A DNA stretch of 64,000 nucleotides from Pseudobdellovibrionaceae bacterium (GCA_021463345.1 JAJTYM010000002.1:33422-97421), one strand, 5' to 3'. Positions 38,921 to 48,012 are shown, numbered from the stretch's first letter. Translations and numbers: made by a program. The notes: generated from the sequence alone by a model not told the origin.

Positions 38921-39391
38921 CTATCCGTTGTGGTAAGGGATGTTCCGCCAGATCGTGAGCGCGCGGTAGAGCTGTTCCAACACGACCGCCTGGGCGACAT
39001 GGTGGTTGAGCACCAACGGTGACAGCGACCAGACCCAATCGGCGCGCAGGCGCAGCTCTTCATTCGCCCCGAACGCCCCGCCGATGACGACGGCGACCCT
39101 GGGACGCCCCCTCTCGAACGCTTCGACGAGACGTTTTGAAAACCGAGCGGAATCGAGCGCCGTCCCGCGCTCGTCGCATAAAATGACGACATCGTCTCGG
39201 CGCAAAGATTTAAGGATGAGCCGAGACTCGGCTTCGCGTTTGGCTTCGGCCGACGCGCGCTCAAGCTTCGCCGGCTTCTGCCGCGCTATTTCGAACGGCA
39301 GGAAGGACTTGATCTTACGCTCGTATTCGCCCGCCATTTCCAGGAGCCATGGCTCCTTGTGACCGCCGACCGTCACGAGCGCAAGCCTCAC
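38921..39391 (-). CDS. rlmH: 23S rRNA (pseudouridine1915-N3)-methyltransferase
   Basis: The 156-aa SPOUT protein starts MRLALVTVGGHKEPWLLEMAGEYERKI and contains VVIGGAFG and ...LSLSPLVLNHH. It sits in the conserved position after rsfS. Confidence 0.9.
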   Translation of the reverse strand: MRLALVTVGGHKEPWLLEMAGEYERKIKSFLPFEIARQKPAKLERASAEAKREAESRLILKSLRRDDVVILCDERGTALDSARFSKRLVEAFERGRPRVAVVIGGAFGANEELRLRADWVWSLSPLVLNHHVAQAVVLEQLYRALTIWRNIPYHNG

Positions 39392-40428
39392 TTGGGGCGC
39401 TCCGCCGGCAGGTCAACGGGCGCGCCCGCCTTCCACAAATCCTCCAGACGGTACTCCTGGCGCACGTAATCGTAGAAAACGTGCACGATCAACGCCCCGT
39501 AATCGACCAACACCCAACGACCTTCCCCCACGCCCTCCACGCTCTGCGGGAGCACGCCGTATTCTTCCTTCACTTCGCGCGCGACGCTCTCGGCGAGTGA
39601 TTGAGCGTGCCGGGTGCTCGTGCCGCTCGCGATGAGCGTGAACTCCGCTGGCGCATCGGCTTGGCGCAGGTCGAACGCCCGGACGTTGACCGCCTTGCGC
39701 CCGTTAAGCACTCCGCCGCAAAACCTCGTGAAATCCTCATAGTCGCCGATGCGCTCTTTGAGCGGCCCGTAGAGCCCTTGGGTGCGGATGTACTCCTCGA
39801 CCGGGATCGTCAGGTGGCGATCGACGCCGCGACCCGACCGCAGGCGTTTGCGCACCTCGCTGGCCGAAACGTCGACGTCCTGGAGGCGCACGAAGTCGAT
39901 GCCGCGGCCGGTATCGAGCTGCACGTAGCTGCGATCGAACGCCGCCACGTGTTTCCTGAGCCCTTCGGGCAATTCATCGGCCGAAAACGGCAATTGGTGA
40001 CCCGGACGCGAGCAGACGACCAGGTTCGCGAGCTCGAGGATCTTCCCGTAGTCCTTCCACGTGTCGAAAACCTCGAACTGATCGAGACCGACGATCAGAT
40101 AGAGATCGTCCGGTTTCACGCGCTCGGCGTAGTCCTTTACGGTGTCCACGGAGTAGCTCGGACCGCCCCGCTTGATCTCTTGCTCGTCGATCTCGACGAA
40201 ATCGAAATCCGCCAAACCGACGCGCAACATCTCCAAACGCTGCTCGTTGGTGGGACCTTCGACAGGCAGTTTCCGGGGGTTCTGAGCCGCGGGCACCACG
40301 CCGATCGCGTCAAGGCCCAAGCGGCTGCGCACCGTCGTGATCGCGTTGATATGGCCGGTGTGGAGCGGGTTGAACGTACCGCCGAAAATGCCGACGCGCT
40401 GGTCAATCGTGTTTTGCGCCAAAGACAA
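39388..40428 (-). CDS. nadD: fusion protein: nicotinate-nucleotide adenylyltransferase (NadD) + ribosome silencing factor (RsfS)
   Basis: It is a single 346-aa frame with a TTG start. The N-terminal part has RVGIFGGTFNPLHTGHINAI (NadD (H/T)xGH motif). The C-terminal ~120 aa read FTLIASGTSTRHAQSLAESV...EGRWVLVDYGALIVHVFYDYVRQEYRLEDLW (RsfS/iojap). Confidence 0.85.
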   Translation of the reverse strand: MSLAQNTIDQRVGIFGGTFNPLHTGHINAITTVRSRLGLDAIGVVPAAQNPRKLPVEGPTNEQRLEMLRVGLADFDFVEIDEQEIKRGGPSYSVDTVKDYAERVKPDDLYLIVGLDQFEVFDTWKDYGKILELANLVVCSRPGHQLPFSADELPEGLRKHVAAFDRSYVQLDTGRGIDFVRLQDVDVSASEVRKRLRSGRGVDRHLTIPVEEYIRTQGLYGPLKERIGDYEDFTRFCGGVLNGRKAVNVRAFDLRQADAPAEFTLIASGTSTRHAQSLAESVAREVKEEYGVLPQSVEGVGEGRWVLVDYGALIVHVFYDYVRQEYRLEDLWKAGAPVDLPAERPK

Positions 40429-41434
40429 GACTCCCCATCTCGAACAGGAGATCGCGCACGCCCTGGCCGGAAACGGCCGAGATCATCCGCGCGTCGATAC
40501 CGCTGGCGCGCTTGAACTTCTCTTTGAGTTCGTGGCGCCGGTCCTCGCTCAAGACGTCGATTTTGTTGAGCACGACAAGCTGAGGGCGCGTCGCCAAAGG
40601 GCGATAGCCTTCCATGTCGGCTTTTGATTTATCGTATTCCCGCAACTCGTGATTGATGTCCAAATAGTCCTGGTGGGCGTCGCGACCGCCGGATTCGCTC
40701 GCATCCACTAGATGCACGAACAAGTTCGTGCGTTCGATATGCCGCAGGAATTGCGTGCCGAGCCCCACGCCTCTGTGCGCTCCCGGCACCAGTCCGGGTA
40801 TGTCCGCCACAACGAACGTCCGTTCGCCCTCGAACGGCACGACGCCGAGGTTCGGCGCCAACGTCGTGAACGGGTAATCGGCGATCTTTGGTCTAGCCGC
40901 AGAGATCCGCGAGATGAGCGTGGATTTGCCGGCGTTCGGGTAGCCGATCACGCCGACGTCGGCGATGAGCTTGAGCTCAAGCGAGATCTCGCGCGTCTCC
41001 CCGGGCTCGCCGGGCTGCGCGCGCTCGGGGGCCTGGTTGACGCTTGTTTTAAAAAACGCGTTGCCCTTGCCGCCGCGGCCGCCACCCAAGAAAAGAGTGT
41101 CGCCGAGCTCATTCAGATCGAACAAAATCTCGCCGCTTTCGCCTTTGACCACGGTACCCGCCGGCACCTCGATGATCAGATCCGCGCCGGCCGCGCCGGA
41201 CATATTGCGACCCGAGCCGTTTTGGCCGTTTTCAGCCGCGAACTTCTTTTTGAAACGGAAACTCAGCAGGCTGTTGACCTGTGGGTTCACGCGGAAAATC
41301 ACGGAACCGCCGCGGCCGCCGTCACCGCCGTCCGGCCCCCCGCGTGGCTCCATCGATTCACGGCGAAAACTGACGGCGCCGGCGCCGCCTTTGCCCGAGC
41401 TGACCGTGATCGTGATTTCGTCTACGAATTTCAT
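40403..41434 (-). CDS. obg: GTPase Obg/CgtA
   Basis: ATG 41434 gives the canonical MKFVDEITITVSSGKGGAGAVSFRRE. The G1 motif is GYPNAGKSTLIS. The upstream in-frame extension to 41527 is not conserved-looking. Confidence 0.92.
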   Translation of the reverse strand: MKFVDEITITVSSGKGGAGAVSFRRESMEPRGGPDGGDGGRGGSVIFRVNPQVNSLLSFRFKKKFAAENGQNGSGRNMSGAAGADLIIEVPAGTVVKGESGEILFDLNELGDTLFLGGGRGGKGNAFFKTSVNQAPERAQPGEPGETREISLELKLIADVGVIGYPNAGKSTLISRISAARPKIADYPFTTLAPNLGVVPFEGERTFVVADIPGLVPGAHRGVGLGTQFLRHIERTNLFVHLVDASESGGRDAHQDYLDINHELREYDKSKADMEGYRPLATRPQLVVLNKIDVLSEDRRHELKEKFKRASGIDARMISAVSGQGVRDLLFEMGSLVFGAKHD

Positions 41435-41679
41435 AGGGGGGGCTTCATGGGAAAGGCTTCGTGGGAAACCATGCGTTGCGCCGGCTGACTCTCTGACCGG
41501 CTCCATCAACTGACACGCGGCGATCACGATTCACCGTCACCGTCGGAAACAGCGACGCTCGGAAATACCCGAGTCTGCCGCCGCACTTTCCTTCCGCCTC
41601 TTCTTTAAGAAGCTCGAGACTCCGGGCCGCCCGGATGCCGGCGGTCAGCCACGAGACTCAGGCGCCTCTCCGAACCGTT

Positions 41680-41943
41680 TTAGGCCGAAACCTTGGCGTA
41701 AACGCTGATTTTCGTGCGTTGCTTGTCGAGGCGTTCGAACTTCACCTGACCGTCGATCAATGAATAGATCGTGAAATCACGGCCCATGCGAACGTTGTTG
41801 CCCAAGTGGAATTTCGTGCCGCGCTGACGGACGATGATCGTGCCGGGTTTCACTTGCTCGCCGCCGAAGCGCTTGACGCCCAACCGGCGACCCGCGGAAT
41901 CGCGTCCGTTCCGTGTACTACCTGCGGCCTTCTTACTTGCCAT
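41680..41943 (-). CDS. rpmA: 50S ribosomal protein L27
   Basis: [48 protein letters not shown]. Length is 87 aa. Confidence 0.95.
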   Translation of the reverse strand: MASKKAAGSTRNGRDSAGRRLGVKRFGGEQVKPGTIIVRQRGTKFHLGNNVRMGRDFTIYSLIDGQVKFERLDKQRTKISVYAKVSA

Positions 41944-42019
41944 GACTGCACCTCTTCAAACGTGACCTAAAACGTGGCCCAAACAATGCCCTTATCGACG
42001 CTTCTATCGACCCTGCGCT

Positions 42020-42580
42020 TTACTTCTTCGACGCCTTCTTGCCGGAAGCCGCCTTTTTCCCGACGGCCTTCTTGCCAACCGTCTTCTTCCCAGCCGCCTT
42101 TTTGGCGACTTTCTTCTTGCTGGCTTTCGGCGCGGCGGCCGCTTCGACTTTCGCACGCTTTTCTTTTTTCGTCTCTTTGCCTTGCTTCGCCGCGAACTCG
42201 ACCTTACGAGCCTGGATCTTGACAGGATCGATGACGACCGCCGACTTGTCGGTCTCGGCCTTCATCCCTTCGGGCGAAGTGATCGATTTCACGAAGAGTT
42301 CCGTGAAAAGCTGACGGTGCCCCTGCATCTTGCGATAGCCCTGGCGACGTTTCTTTTTGAAAACGATGACCTTGGGACCTTTCGCTTGGCGAGTGACGAC
42401 GACGCGGACTTTCGCGTTTTGCACGAGCGGCTCGCCGACGAACGCTTTATCGCCGCCAACGAAAAGGACTTCCGACACGTCGAACTCGTCGCCGAGCTTT
42501 TTTTCGAGTTTCTCAACCCGAACGGTGTCGCCTGCCTGCACTCTGTATTGCTTGCCGCCGGCGCGGATGATTGCGTACAT
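42020..42580 (-). CDS. rplU: 50S ribosomal protein L21 with a ~80-aa Lys/Ala-rich C-terminal extension
   Basis: ATG 42580 gives MYAIIRAGGKQYRVQAGDTVRVEKL. The tail reads ...KKEKRAKVEAAAAPKASKKKVAKKAAGKKTVGKKAVGKKAASGKKASKK. Confidence 0.93.
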   Translation of the reverse strand: MYAIIRAGGKQYRVQAGDTVRVEKLEKKLGDEFDVSEVLFVGGDKAFVGEPLVQNAKVRVVVTRQAKGPKVIVFKKKRRQGYRKMQGHRQLFTELFVKSITSPEGMKAETDKSAVVIDPVKIQARKVEFAAKQGKETKKEKRAKVEAAAAPKASKKKVAKKAAGKKTVGKKAVGKKAASGKKASKK

Positions 42581-42696
42581 CGAGACCTCCAACAAGAGCC
42601 TGCTTCAAATCCTAAGAATACGGATGTGGAAAAGACGAAAGACAAGGTAAGTGCCACGCCGCACTACCGATTGTCAATTCTTTCGGCAGCTCTTTC

Positions 42697-42722
42697 AAAA
42701 ACCAGAAGGCGGCTTCTTCTGG
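42697..42722 (-). terminator. orphan intrinsic-terminator-like hairpin upstream of rplU
   Basis: The minus strand reads ccagaag-aagccgc-cttctgg followed by tttttg. No annotated minus-strand gene ends just upstream of it. Confidence 0.35.
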
Positions 42723-42794
42723 ACCCTCTTCTCACCTGTGGACCCCGCCACAGGATCTCGCAAGACCTCTTAATCAAAATGACTATAAGCGTTA

Positions 42795-42829
42795 CAATTG
42801 CCGACTCAACTTTTGCAGTCAATTGCCGA
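42795..42829. repeat. 10-bp direct repeat caattgccga x2 (25-nt period)
   Basis: 42795-42804 and 42820-42829 are identical, and each contains the palindrome caattg. They lie 110-145 nt upstream of ATG 42940. Confidence 0.7.
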
Positions 42830-42939
42830 AACCGAGCTATCCGTTTGTTTCTGGGTGCTCTCGCTTGGGCACGCCACCCTCTCTTGTTTTCACAGATTCA
42901 CACGCAAGGCCCTTGGCCGACAATAGTTAAGGAGACTGC

Positions 42940-43644
42940 ATGAAACGACCCGTCTTTTTCAGTTTCGCGACCGCGCTCGCCGCTCTTTCCATCGGCTGCG
43001 CGCACACGCCCCCGCACGCGCCGGAGGCCGCGGCGAAAACGACCGCGACCGGCCGTTTTCCGACAGCCGCTGTCGAATCCAAGGAAGGTCGCGACAATCT
43101 GAAGTACGAACGCAACGGCACCGACTTTTTCGTTCTCTTGAGGAACGGCCAACGCTGCCAGATCACGAGCAATGTCAGTGACTTCAAAATGCTCCCACGC
43201 GGCAGCCACGTGCTCGCGTACGAAACAACCTTGAACGAACTCGTCATGCTCCGCCTCGGCGATGACGAGGCCCAGCAGTGTTACTCCCAGCGCGACCGCA
43301 AAACGGACGTCACCGACCAACAAGCCCGCATCGTGAAATGGAACGTGGTCTCGGCGGCTGAAGTGCCGATCATCCTCATCGCTCTCGACAAGAACGGTTT
43401 CGTGAAAATGTACGACATCCACGGCAACGACGTGTCCAAGCTCGGCATCCGCAACGTCGAGGATTACCGCTTGCACCCGTGCCACGGGAAACACGGCGTG
43501 CCCTTCAATTCGAAGCTCGCCTTCGCCTACGGCAAGGGCCGGGTGATGACGATCGAGTCCAACGGCCGCGCGGTGCTCGACCCCGGCAACTACAGCAGCG
43601 CCTCGGATTTCATCGAGCGCAACAAAATCAGCTGCGGCAACTGA
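42940..43644 (+). CDS. lipoprotein of unknown function
   Basis: AAGGAG precedes the ATG. The lipobox is ALAALSIGCAH. The 234-aa protein has several Cys and no domain I recognise. Confidence 0.65.
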   Translation: MKRPVFFSFATALAALSIGCAHTPPHAPEAAAKTTATGRFPTAAVESKEGRDNLKYERNGTDFFVLLRNGQRCQITSNVSDFKMLPRGSHVLAYETTLNELVMLRLGDDEAQQCYSQRDRKTDVTDQQARIVKWNVVSAAEVPIILIALDKNGFVKMYDIHGNDVSKLGIRNVEDYRLHPCHGKHGVPFNSKLAFAYGKGRVMTIESNGRAVLDPGNYSSASDFIERNKISCGN

Positions 43645-43683
43645 GCTCTTCGGCCCGTGAGACGGCCCGGTTCAAGCGATGAG

Positions 43684-43713
43684 AAACCCGCGGGCTTGTC
43701 CCGCGGGTTTTTT
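43684..43713 (+). terminator. rho-independent terminator (partly bidirectional)
   Basis: aaacccgcggg-cttgt-cccgcgggttt followed by ttt gives an 11-bp stem and a T run. It lies between convergent genes 42940..43644 and 43737..44582. Confidence 0.75.
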
Positions 43714-43736
43714 CGCTTCACGGCCCCGCGGCGCGG

Positions 43737-44582
43737 TCACAGCGCGACGAATTTAATGAGGAAGATGTCGTAATTCTTTCCGGAGTTCGACTTGACCACG
43801 ACTTTCACGGTGTTGCGACCAGTGTCGTACAGGTGGTTCGGGATGCGGATTTTCTCCGAGCGGTTGCCGTCGGGCCCGTTGATTTTTTGCTTGCTGTAGT
43901 TCGCGTCGTCGCCGTTGGCGGTCAACACGTCGAAATTCGAGCATTTGGCGACGTTGTTGAAATTCAGGTACACCGAACCGTACTCGACCGTCAGGTAGAT
44001 CGAACCGCCGCAGTCGTTGAGCGGCGCCCACCTCCGGCCGAAAAACGAGGTCGAAAGCGTGAAATCCGGGCTGGCTTTGGGGTCGTACGCCGACGACCGC
44101 CGAGGAGGCTGCACGTGCGACTGAATCGTGACCCAGCCGGCGGTTTTACCGCTGTTCGAAGTGAGCAGGACACGGAACTTGTTCGAGCCGATTTTTTCGT
44201 TCAGACCGATGCGCTCGGTGCCTGCGCCGTTCTCGATCTTTCCGACGCGAACCATCGATTCATAACCGTAACCGCCTTCCATGAAGACGTTCGTGCAATT
44301 CGACGTGTTGCTGACCACGAGGGTGAGCGTGCCGTCTTCGCGTTTCAGCGCGACGCTACCTTTGCAATTCGGGAGCTCGGCGTAAGCGTTGCCGCCCCAC
44401 TGCAGGCTGACCTCGTCACGGTTGGGCGTGCGAGCCGCCTCATCGAGTTGTTGCGACGCCGGGACGCGGGCCTCGCTCGCATCGACATCGTTGAACGCCT
44501 GTGTCTTGTGGTTTGCCGGACTCGTCGCGCAACCTGCCAGCGCGATCGACAACCCGACGAGAACGCCGAAATGTGCTTTCAT
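43737..44582 (-). CDS. lipoprotein with two tandem copies of an unknown ~100-aa two-Cys domain
   Basis: ATG 44582 gives MKAHFGVLVGLSIALAGCATS (lipobox). The halves share the pattern C.GS..L...G...L...N...C.N...SNSGK (NCKGSVAL...CTNV...TSNSGKT versus DCGGSIYL...CSNF...KSNSGKN). Confidence 0.65.
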   Translation of the reverse strand: MKAHFGVLVGLSIALAGCATSPANHKTQAFNDVDASEARVPASQQLDEAARTPNRDEVSLQWGGNAYAELPNCKGSVALKREDGTLTLVVSNTSNCTNVFMEGGYGYESMVRVGKIENGAGTERIGLNEKIGSNKFRVLLTSNSGKTAGWVTIQSHVQPPRRSSAYDPKASPDFTLSTSFFGRRWAPLNDCGGSIYLTVEYGSVYLNFNNVAKCSNFDVLTANGDDANYSKQKINGPDGNRSEKIRIPNHLYDTGRNTVKVVVKSNSGKNYDIFLIKFVAL

Positions 44583-44763
44583 TGAAACCCCCATGGATTT
44601 CGCCTCGTGGTGGATGAACATTTTTGACGGAAACCGCCTTGTACGAAGTGTTACCAGCGCCGCGAACGCGGTCAAAAGGCGGCGGCCCCTCGCGAAAGAA
44701 TCCGGCTGATGGTCCAGATGGAAACCATCTAAATTTAATGACGCGTGGCCGGCGAGGGCCGCG

Positions 44764-46305
44764 TCATATGGTGAAAATCTCGTACTGCTCGACGTGGTAA
44801 GCGGGTTCGAGCTTCAGGACCACGTTGCGGCCGATCTTGTTCTCGACGTACTCGAGCATCTCGCTTTCTTCTTCGTAAATCCAATCCCCGACGGATGCGT
44901 GGCAGTGCACAACGGCGGCCGCGCGTGGGTCGCCTTTCTTGGCGTCGCGCTCGAGGTCCCGGAAAATCTCGTGGGCGACCGTGGCTTTCTGCTTGATGTA
45001 CCCGCGGCCGTCGCAGTACGAGCACGGCTCGCAGAGCGTCTTCACCAGGCTCGGGCGGATGCGCTTGCGGGTCATCTCGACGAGTCCCAGGTTCGACATC
45101 GAGAACACGGTGGTGCGGGCGCGGTCCTTCTGCAACTCCTCCCTGATAGCCGTCATCACCTTCTCCCGATGCGCTTCCCTCTCCATGTCGATGAAGTCGA
45201 TGATGATGATGCCGCCGCAGTTGCGGATGCGCAGCTGGTGCGCGATCTCCCGCACGGCTTCAAGATTGGTTTTGACGATCGTGTCCTCGAGGTCCTTCTT
45301 GCCCACGTAGCGCCCGGTGTTGACGTCGATCACGACGAGCGCCTCGGCTTCGTCGATGACGATGTACCCTCCCGATTTGAGCCAGACTTTCCGCTCCATC
45401 GAGCGTGAGATCTCGAGGTCGATCTCGTATTGGTCGAAAAGCGGCCGCGCGCCGGTGTAGAGCTTCACCTTGTTTTTGTACCTGGGCATGAATTGGCCGA
45501 GAAAAGCGGTGATCTTGCGATGCGACTCCTGATCGTCGACGAGCACGCGCGCGATCTCCTCGCTGAGCATGTCGCGGAGCGCCCGCAGTTCCACGTCGGG
45601 CTCGGCGTGCACGAGACCCGGCGACTTTTTCTTCTCGTAATTGCGGCTGACCTCTTCCCAGAGGCGGTGCAGGTAATCCAGGTCGGCTTTGATGCTCGTC
45701 TCACTCGCGCCTTCGCCCGCGGTGCGCACGATGACGCCGCCCTTTGGGCCCAGCTTCTGCACGAGCTGGCGTAAGCGCTCCCGCTCGTCCGCGTCCTCGA
45801 TCCGCCGTGAGACCCCTTGGTGGTTGAGCGTCGGCATGAAAACCACGTGACGGCCCGGCAACGAAATGTGCGTCGTGATGCGCGCGCCCTTGGAACCGAG
45901 CGGGTCTTTGGCGACCTGCACGAGGATGATCTGACCTTCGCTCAGAAGCTCTTGGATGCGGGGTTTATCGGCCCCTTTGTGGCCGGCCGCGGGCGCGGCG
46001 CTCGCTTCCTCCCCGTCCTCGAAGTCGGCGGCCTCCGCGGCGTCCTCGTGGAACATCTCCCCGGCTTCGGCATCGATATCGCCACGCACGTCGCCGACGT
46101 AAAGGAACGCCGCGCGATCGAGACCGATGTCGACGAACGCCGCCTGCATCCCCGGCAGGACCCGTATCACTTTGCCGCGGTGGATGGACCCGACCAAGGT
46201 CGGCGACGTCTTGCGATCGATCGTAAGATCGGTGAGAACGCCGTTCTCCAAATACGCGACGCGCGTTTCGACCGGCCGGACGTTGATCAAGATCTCTGAC
46301 GACAC
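44764..46305 (-). CDS. rng: ribonuclease G (Rne/Rng family)
   Basis: The S1 domain is GSIHRGKVIRVLPGMQAAFVDIG. The catalytic region has GGIIIIDFIDM. The 513-aa size fits RNase G rather than RNase E. Confidence 0.87.
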   Translation of the reverse strand: MSSEILINVRPVETRVAYLENGVLTDLTIDRKTSPTLVGSIHRGKVIRVLPGMQAAFVDIGLDRAAFLYVGDVRGDIDAEAGEMFHEDAAEAADFEDGEEASAAPAAGHKGADKPRIQELLSEGQIILVQVAKDPLGSKGARITTHISLPGRHVVFMPTLNHQGVSRRIEDADERERLRQLVQKLGPKGGVIVRTAGEGASETSIKADLDYLHRLWEEVSRNYEKKKSPGLVHAEPDVELRALRDMLSEEIARVLVDDQESHRKITAFLGQFMPRYKNKVKLYTGARPLFDQYEIDLEISRSMERKVWLKSGGYIVIDEAEALVVIDVNTGRYVGKKDLEDTIVKTNLEAVREIAHQLRIRNCGGIIIIDFIDMEREAHREKVMTAIREELQKDRARTTVFSMSNLGLVEMTRKRIRPSLVKTLCEPCSYCDGRGYIKQKATVAHEIFRDLERDAKKGDPRAAAVVHCHASVGDWIYEEESEMLEYVENKIGRNVVLKLEPAYHVEQYEIFTI

Positions 46306-46439
46306 GCGGGTCCTTTCTGCTGGCGCGCCTTAACGTATCCCGCCCCCTGGTCTCAACATCGGCGACGCAGGCGCCGATAAACGATCGATCCCCGAGGCGG
46401 ATTCCCACGCCCACCGGATCCTGGGAGGCACCGCCAGTT

Positions 46440-47567
46440 ATGGCAAAAATCGATGAGCTCTTCAAGATCATGGTGTCCAAGGGCGCTTCGGACCTGCATC
46501 TCGCCGCGGGCGCTCCGCCCTACCTCCGGCTCCACGGGGAGATGGCCAAGCTCGACCTCGCCGCTCTCACGAACGAACAGGTGCAGCTCCTGATCTTCGA
46601 GATCCTCAACGAAAAGCAACGCAAGGGCTTCATCGAGAGCTGGGAGCTCGACTGCAGCTACACCGTGGAAGGCCTCGGCCGATTCCGCTGCAACGTCTTC
46701 ATGCAGCGCAAAGGCATGGGCGCCGTCTTTCGGGTCATCCCCGAGAAAATCAAAACCATGGGGGAACTGGGGCTTCCCCCGCAACTCCTGGACCTGATCG
46801 CCGTCCCCAAGGGCTTGGTCTGCGTGACCGGCCCCACCGGATCCGGCAAATCGACGACGCTGGCGGCGATGATCCACCACATCAACCAGAACGAGAGCGC
46901 GCACATCATCACGATCGAGGACCCGATCGAATTCGTCCACCCGAACCTGAAATCGCTGGTCAACCAGCGTGAAGTCGGCGGCCATACGAAATCCTTCGCC
47001 AACGCCCTCAAAGCCGCGCTCCGCGAGGACCCCGACATCGTGCTCGTCGGCGAAATGCGCGACCTGGAGACGATCCAACTCGCCCTCACCGCCGCTGAAA
47101 CCGGCCACTTGGTTTTCGGTACGCTTCACACCAACAACGCCCACAAGACGGTCGATCGCATCATCGACGTCTTCCCCGAGGGCAAGCAGGCGCAGATCCG
47201 CGTGATGCTCTCCGAGAGCCTGCGCGGGGTCGTGGCCCAATCGCTGCTCCCTCGCGCCGACGGCGGAGGCCGGGTCGCGGCGATCGAGGTGCTGTTCAAC
47301 AACAAAGCCATCGCCAACCTCATTCGCGAGGGCAAGACCTATCAAATCCCATCGGCCATGCAGACCGGGAAGTCCCAAGGCATGATCACCTACGAATCGA
47401 CGATCGAGGACCTGATCAAGCGCGGCCTCCTCAATCAGAAAATCGGCCTCGAGTTCCTCGGCAAAGCCTCGACAATCGAGGAAAAACCGATGGCGACCGC
47501 GGCCGCCGGCTTCGGTCGGCCGCCGATGCCGGGCCAAGTTCCCAATCCGCTCAAGAAGTCAGGTTGA
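46440..47567 (+). CDS. pilT: type IV pilus twitching-motility ATPase PilT (with a ~30-aa C-terminal tail)
   Basis: MAKIDELFKIMVSKGASDLHL. Walker A is GPTGSGKSTT. Also present are ITIEDPIEF, REDPDIVLVGEMRD and GHLVFGTLHTN. Confidence 0.92.
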   Translation: MAKIDELFKIMVSKGASDLHLAAGAPPYLRLHGEMAKLDLAALTNEQVQLLIFEILNEKQRKGFIESWELDCSYTVEGLGRFRCNVFMQRKGMGAVFRVIPEKIKTMGELGLPPQLLDLIAVPKGLVCVTGPTGSGKSTTLAAMIHHINQNESAHIITIEDPIEFVHPNLKSLVNQREVGGHTKSFANALKAALREDPDIVLVGEMRDLETIQLALTAAETGHLVFGTLHTNNAHKTVDRIIDVFPEGKQAQIRVMLSESLRGVVAQSLLPRADGGGRVAAIEVLFNNKAIANLIREGKTYQIPSAMQTGKSQGMITYESTIEDLIKRGLLNQKIGLEFLGKASTIEEKPMATAAAGFGRPPMPGQVPNPLKKSG

Positions 47568-47592
47568 ACACGGCGACCGTGCGTCCTTGGGT

Positions 47593-48012
47593 TCAGAACG
47601 TGAAGCCAAAACCGAGGGTCTTCGCCGCGCGCGCCGCCTCGAAGCGCGCCTGCGCGCGCTCGCGTTCGAACTCCATCCACGAGCGCTGTCCATAGAAATC
47701 CTGCGGATTGGTGGCCGCGTTGTAAGTGACGTAAGCGGTGCCGCCGATGACGCCGAACGCGAAGCCGATGGCGATGTTGGAGAGTTTGTCCTGCGGGCGA
47801 CCGTAAAAGCTGAGCGTGCTCAAACCGAGAACGGCGCCCCCCAAACCAGCGAATATGATCGTGGCGAGCTGTTTGCGGGGACCGGCGTTGGTCGCGCGCT
47901 CGCGCGGCGAAGCCTCGGCCGGCGTCTGCGCGCGAGCCGGCGGCGCGGCGGCGCCGACGAGCGCGAGCGAAATGACGACTTTAACGGCGATGCTCACGAT
48001 CCTTGCGCCCAT
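47593..48012 (-). CDS. small secreted Gly-zipper protein ending in FGFTF (OM-targeting-like C-terminus)
   Basis: In-frame ATG 48012 of track ORF 47593..48306 gives MGARIVSIAVKVVISLALVGAAAPPARAQ (signal peptide). GLGGAVLG and GFAFGVIGG segments follow. It overlaps the acyP end by 19 nt. Confidence 0.55.
   Translation of the reverse strand: MGARIVSIAVKVVISLALVGAAAPPARAQTPAEASPRERATNAGPRKQLATIIFAGLGGAVLGLSTLSFYGRPQDKLSNIAIGFAFGVIGGTAYVTYNAATNPQDFYGQRSWMEFERERAQARFEAARAAKTLGFGFTF

Noticed and set aside
38373-39038. N-terminal extension of ORF 37695..39038 (447 aa)
   Set aside because: The extension overlaps the GNAT gene in a different frame and has junk-like composition. The ComF-like sequence starts cleanly at ATG 38372.
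41435-41679. 245-nt rpmA-obg spacer with a C7 run directly before the obg ATG and no SD
   Set aside because: I found no convincing ORF or structured motif. The in-frame upstream extension of obg (to 41527) lacks conservation-like features. I note it only as an oddity.
42672-42677. Perfect -35 hexamer TTGACA (minus strand) about 95 nt upstream of rplU
   Set aside because: No acceptable -10 hexamer lies at 16-19 nt spacing (gcactt/cactta), so no promoter is called.
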